Shown here in pieces: positions 52,937 to 55,304 of a stretch of 55,304 nt of DNA. Both the position numbers and the translations under genes were made by a program. This stretch comes from Balneolaceae bacterium (GTDB taxonomy: Bacteria > Bacteroidota > Rhodothermia > Balneolales > Balneolaceae), in contig JAFGWN010000186.1 of assembly GCA_016937115.1 (NCBI GenBank), positions 1-55,304 on the forward strand, in the 5' to 3' direction. Every line of letters starts with the position of its first letter. Position 1 is the stretch's first letter. The notes under the pieces are model-generated. The model was not told the origin of the DNA, did no database searches, and saw only the letters and a program-made list of their open reading frames with translations.

Positions 52937-54187
52937 CTATGCAACGTCTTCCAGTTTTTCTTTAAAGGGATGAATAACGTCTTCAATGGCTTTTGTACCA
53001 CTGAAAAAAGAGAGGATCTCAAGGATTACTTCATCCACCAGCACATCGGGACAGGAAGCACCGGAAGTAATTGCAATATTAACAGGCTGATCGTTTATTG
53101 CCAGCCAATCTGCCGTTTCTTTTATCTCTTTATCCCACTGGTTAAAATGCCGAATTCTTTGCGGTCCGTCGATCTCTTCGGCATCGCGAATATGATACGT
53201 CGGGAAGTGGTGTTCCAGAATTTCAACCAGGTGCATGGTATTAGATGAGTTATACCCGCCTACCACGATAGCCAGATCTGCATTGGTTTCTGCCAGCGCC
53301 AGGGTTGCCGATTGATTTTCGTTGGTAGCATAGCAGAGCGTATCGGACGTATCAGCAAAGTGATCCAGAATGTTGGCTTCACCAAAACGTTCAACAGCTG
53401 CTTTTTTAAGAATATCCATCACTTCCTGTGTTTCGGTGGCAAGCATTGTAGTTTGATTGATAACGCCAAACTGCCGCAGATCTTCAAGTGGATCGAAGCC
53501 TTCGGTGCTTTTATGACCAAAGTATTCTTCAAAGTGAGCAACCGGTCGTTCTCCCGTCATGATATCTGCCAGCATCTGTGCTTCCCCCGGATTTAAAACT
53601 ACTACGCATTCAGAATGGTCGGCGCTGTGCGAAAAGGTGGCGCGTGTTTCTTCGTGCTCGTGTTTTCCGTGGATTACCAGCGAGTACCCTTTTTTACCCA
53701 GTTGCGTACCGCGCTTCCACACCTTTTCTACAAAGGGACAGGTGGTATTAAACTCATAGGGATCAATGCCCTGGGCTTTTAATTTTTCCTGAATCTCCAT
53801 GGTAGTGCCGAATGCCGGTACAATTACAATGTCATCTTGATTCAGTGATTTAATAGGAATCAATTCAGTACCATCGGTTTCAAACAAAAACTTCACGCCG
53901 CGGTCCAGCAAATCTTCATTTACCGTTGGGTTGTGAATCATTTCACTGAGCAGGTATATATTTTTATCTGGGTGCTCGGCAACTGCACGATAGGCGATGT
54001 CAATGGCATTTTCCACGCCGTAGCAAAACCCGAAATGGCGCGGTACCAGAAAGCGTACCGGCCCAAAATCGAGAACGCTTGGCTCGAGATCTTTCTTAGT
54101 GGGATCAGTGATCTTGTTTGCCTCCTTTACCTTTCGGATAATCGGTGACTGGTACATCTTGGGAATGTTGAACTTCTTGCGACCCAT
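52937..54187 (-). CDS. ispH: 4-hydroxy-3-methylbut-2-enyl diphosphate reductase IspH/LytB (long form)
   Basis: It has GFCYGVENAI (first Fe-S Cys), TTCPFVEKVW (second Cys), HEHEE, NTMH and TSGASCP (third Cys). At 416 aa it is longer than the E. coli-type enzyme. Confidence 0.9.
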   Translation of the reverse strand: MGRKKFNIPKMYQSPIIRKVKEANKITDPTKKDLEPSVLDFGPVRFLVPRHFGFCYGVENAIDIAYRAVAEHPDKNIYLLSEMIHNPTVNEDLLDRGVKFLFETDGTELIPIKSLNQDDIVIVPAFGTTMEIQEKLKAQGIDPYEFNTTCPFVEKVWKRGTQLGKKGYSLVIHGKHEHEETRATFSHSADHSECVVVLNPGEAQMLADIMTGERPVAHFEEYFGHKSTEGFDPLEDLRQFGVINQTTMLATETQEVMDILKKAAVERFGEANILDHFADTSDTLCYATNENQSATLALAETNADLAIVVGGYNSSNTMHLVEILEHHFPTYHIRDAEEIDGPQRIRHFNQWDKEIKETADWLAINDQPVNIAITSGASCPDVLVDEVILEILSFFSGTKAIEDVIHPFKEKLEDVA

Positions 54188-54381
54188 ATGTATTAATTAT
54201 TTGTACGTCGTAAAGTGTGATTTCCTGTTACAATGTGCAGGGATATACATCCGAGAAAAAAGGCTCCGGCATACCGTGCTTTCGCAACTTTTAGGATAAA
54301 ATTGATGGTTAATCTCAGTCCTGTAATATACGAAGGTTAAAGGGAAACATCATGTGGAAGGAGGTTCTTAATTCAAGAAGC

Positions 54382-55304
54382 TCACGGCAAAGTATTTACT
54401 TTCAGGTTCCCGGAAGACCCTTTTTTATCTACCTTAGAGAACGTAATGGTGAATATAGTACCCTGTTCACGCTGAACGGAAATAGAGCCGTTAAGTTGTT
54501 TAACAAGTGTTTGAATGATCGTCAAACCAAGGGAGGTCGGGTTTTGTATATTAATCGATTCGGGCAGGCCAACACCGTTATCACTAACCTGCAGAATTAC
54601 GCTCTTGCCTCTCTGGGAAAGTTCAATAGATATACGCCCTTTCTTTTTTGCCTCAAAAGCATGCAGGTAGGCGTTGATGAGCAGTTCATTCAGCAGCAGG
54701 CCGCAGGGAATAGCCTGGTTAATATTCAGCGGCACACGATCGGTTGCGTAATTGAGCGTAACGTGTTCATGAGTATCGGCAAAATTTTGGCGCACGTAGT
54801 TCACAAAATCAGTCAGGTATTCGTCAAGGTATACCCCGGTCAGTGCTTCGGATTTGTAGTACGATTCATGGATCAGAGCCATTGACTTTATACGCATCAG
54901 GCTTTCTTTAAGAATCTTTTTTACGGCCTGGTTGGTTGAGCTAAATGCCTGGAGTTCCAGCAGTCCGGAGATAACGGCCAGGTTGTTCTTTACGCGATGA
55001 TGGATTTCTGACAGCAGCCGTTTCTTTTCCTGCAGCGATTCCAACAATTTATTTTCGGTCTCTTTCTGCTTTGAGATGTCTTCGAGAATACCGCTTAGAT
55101 ATTTAATATTACCCTGTCTGTCTTTGATAACTGACTTGGTAAGACGGGCAGAAATACACCGCCCCGACTTTGTGATATAGCGCTTTTCCGTTACATAGCT
55201 GTCCCACTCACCATCAATTAATTTTTTGTCTTTCCGATAGCCTTCTTGTAAATCATCCGGGTGAATAATATTGGCGATCGGCGTGCTGAGCAGCTCGCTA
55301 CGGC
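54382..55304 (-). CDS. PAS-domain sensor histidine kinase (HisKA_2 + HATPase_c), 5' end outside window
   Basis: The H-box EIHHRVKNNLAVISGLL is followed by the N-box LLLNELLINAYLHAF and G-boxes DNGVGLP / GLTII. I translated upstream of the track start by hand. The frame stays open to 55304 and reads a PAS-like segment (IIHPDDLQEGY...EKRYITKSGRCISARL...GILEDISKQKE). Confidence 0.85.
   Translation of the reverse strand, partial: RSELLSTPIANIIHPDDLQEGYRKDKKLIDGEWDSYVTEKRYITKSGRCISARLTKSVIKDRQGNIKYLSGILEDISKQKETENKLLESLQEKKRLLSEIHHRVKNNLAVISGLLELQAFSSTNQAVKKILKESLMRIKSMALIHESYYKSEALTGVYLDEYLTDFVNYVRQNFADTHEHVTLNYATDRVPLNINQAIPCGLLLNELLINAYLHAFEAKKKGRISIELSQRGKSVILQVSDNGVGLPESINIQNPTSLGLTIIQTLVKQLNGSISVQREQGTIFTITFSKVDKKGSSGNLKVNTLP

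Noticed and set aside
52937-54187. The unusually long IspH (416 aa), considered as a possible fusion.
   Set aside because: Long-form IspH with N-terminal and internal extensions occurs in several phyla, as I recall, and all three Fe-S cysteines are present. I see no separate extra domain.

Overview
This is a chromosomal window from what looks like a Bacteroidota/Balneolota-like (FCB group) bacterium. That placement is an inference from gene content (DUF4834, DUF2911, DUF721), a TAnnTTTG-type promoter and REP-like GTCATCC...GGATGAC elements. The right half is ordinary core genome around the replication origin. It holds dnaA (TTG start) with three perfect AGTTATCCACA DnaA boxes in the dnaA-prmC spacer, a tightly packed dnaA-folB-folK-deoxynucleoside kinase-DUF4834 string, prmC, eno, recF-DUF721, a YbbR-like gene, ispH, tRNA-Leu(GAG) and a partial PAS histidine kinase. 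The left edge is also ordinary: tricorn-like protease, EamA transporter, DUF2911, amidohydrolase and msrA. The unusual content lies between 6.6 and 40.7 kb. (i) 6630-11382 is a three-gene unit of two TLC/ATP:ADP-antiporter-family transporters, the second fused to HEAT repeats, plus a stand-alone cNMP-binding protein. (ii) 11425-19065 holds two tandem paralogous ~1260-aa lipoproteins that fuse a purple-acid-phosphatase-type metallophosphoesterase, a central domain with kinase-like motifs and a C-terminal Omp85-type barrel. (iii) 20097-40741 is the main candidate for a new system: a five-gene, same-strand locus encoding a 166-aa single-domain secreted protein, an 880-aa six-domain DUF11/CARDB-like protein, a 2294-aa DUF11 + Big_1 + large beta-barrel + OmpA protein, a 3334-aa giant multidomain protein and a stand-alone receiver domain. 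I recognise no known secretion or sorting signal beyond Sec signal peptides in this locus. The distribution of orphan N-terminal beta-hairpins and strand-deficient C-terminal domains suggests a head-to-tail strand-complementation fibre with tip, shaft, anchor and chaperone/cap roles. This is inference from reading the sequence and is not verified. No CRISPR array, transposase, integrase, prophage or rRNA was seen. All domain calls come from motif recognition by eye; no searches were run.
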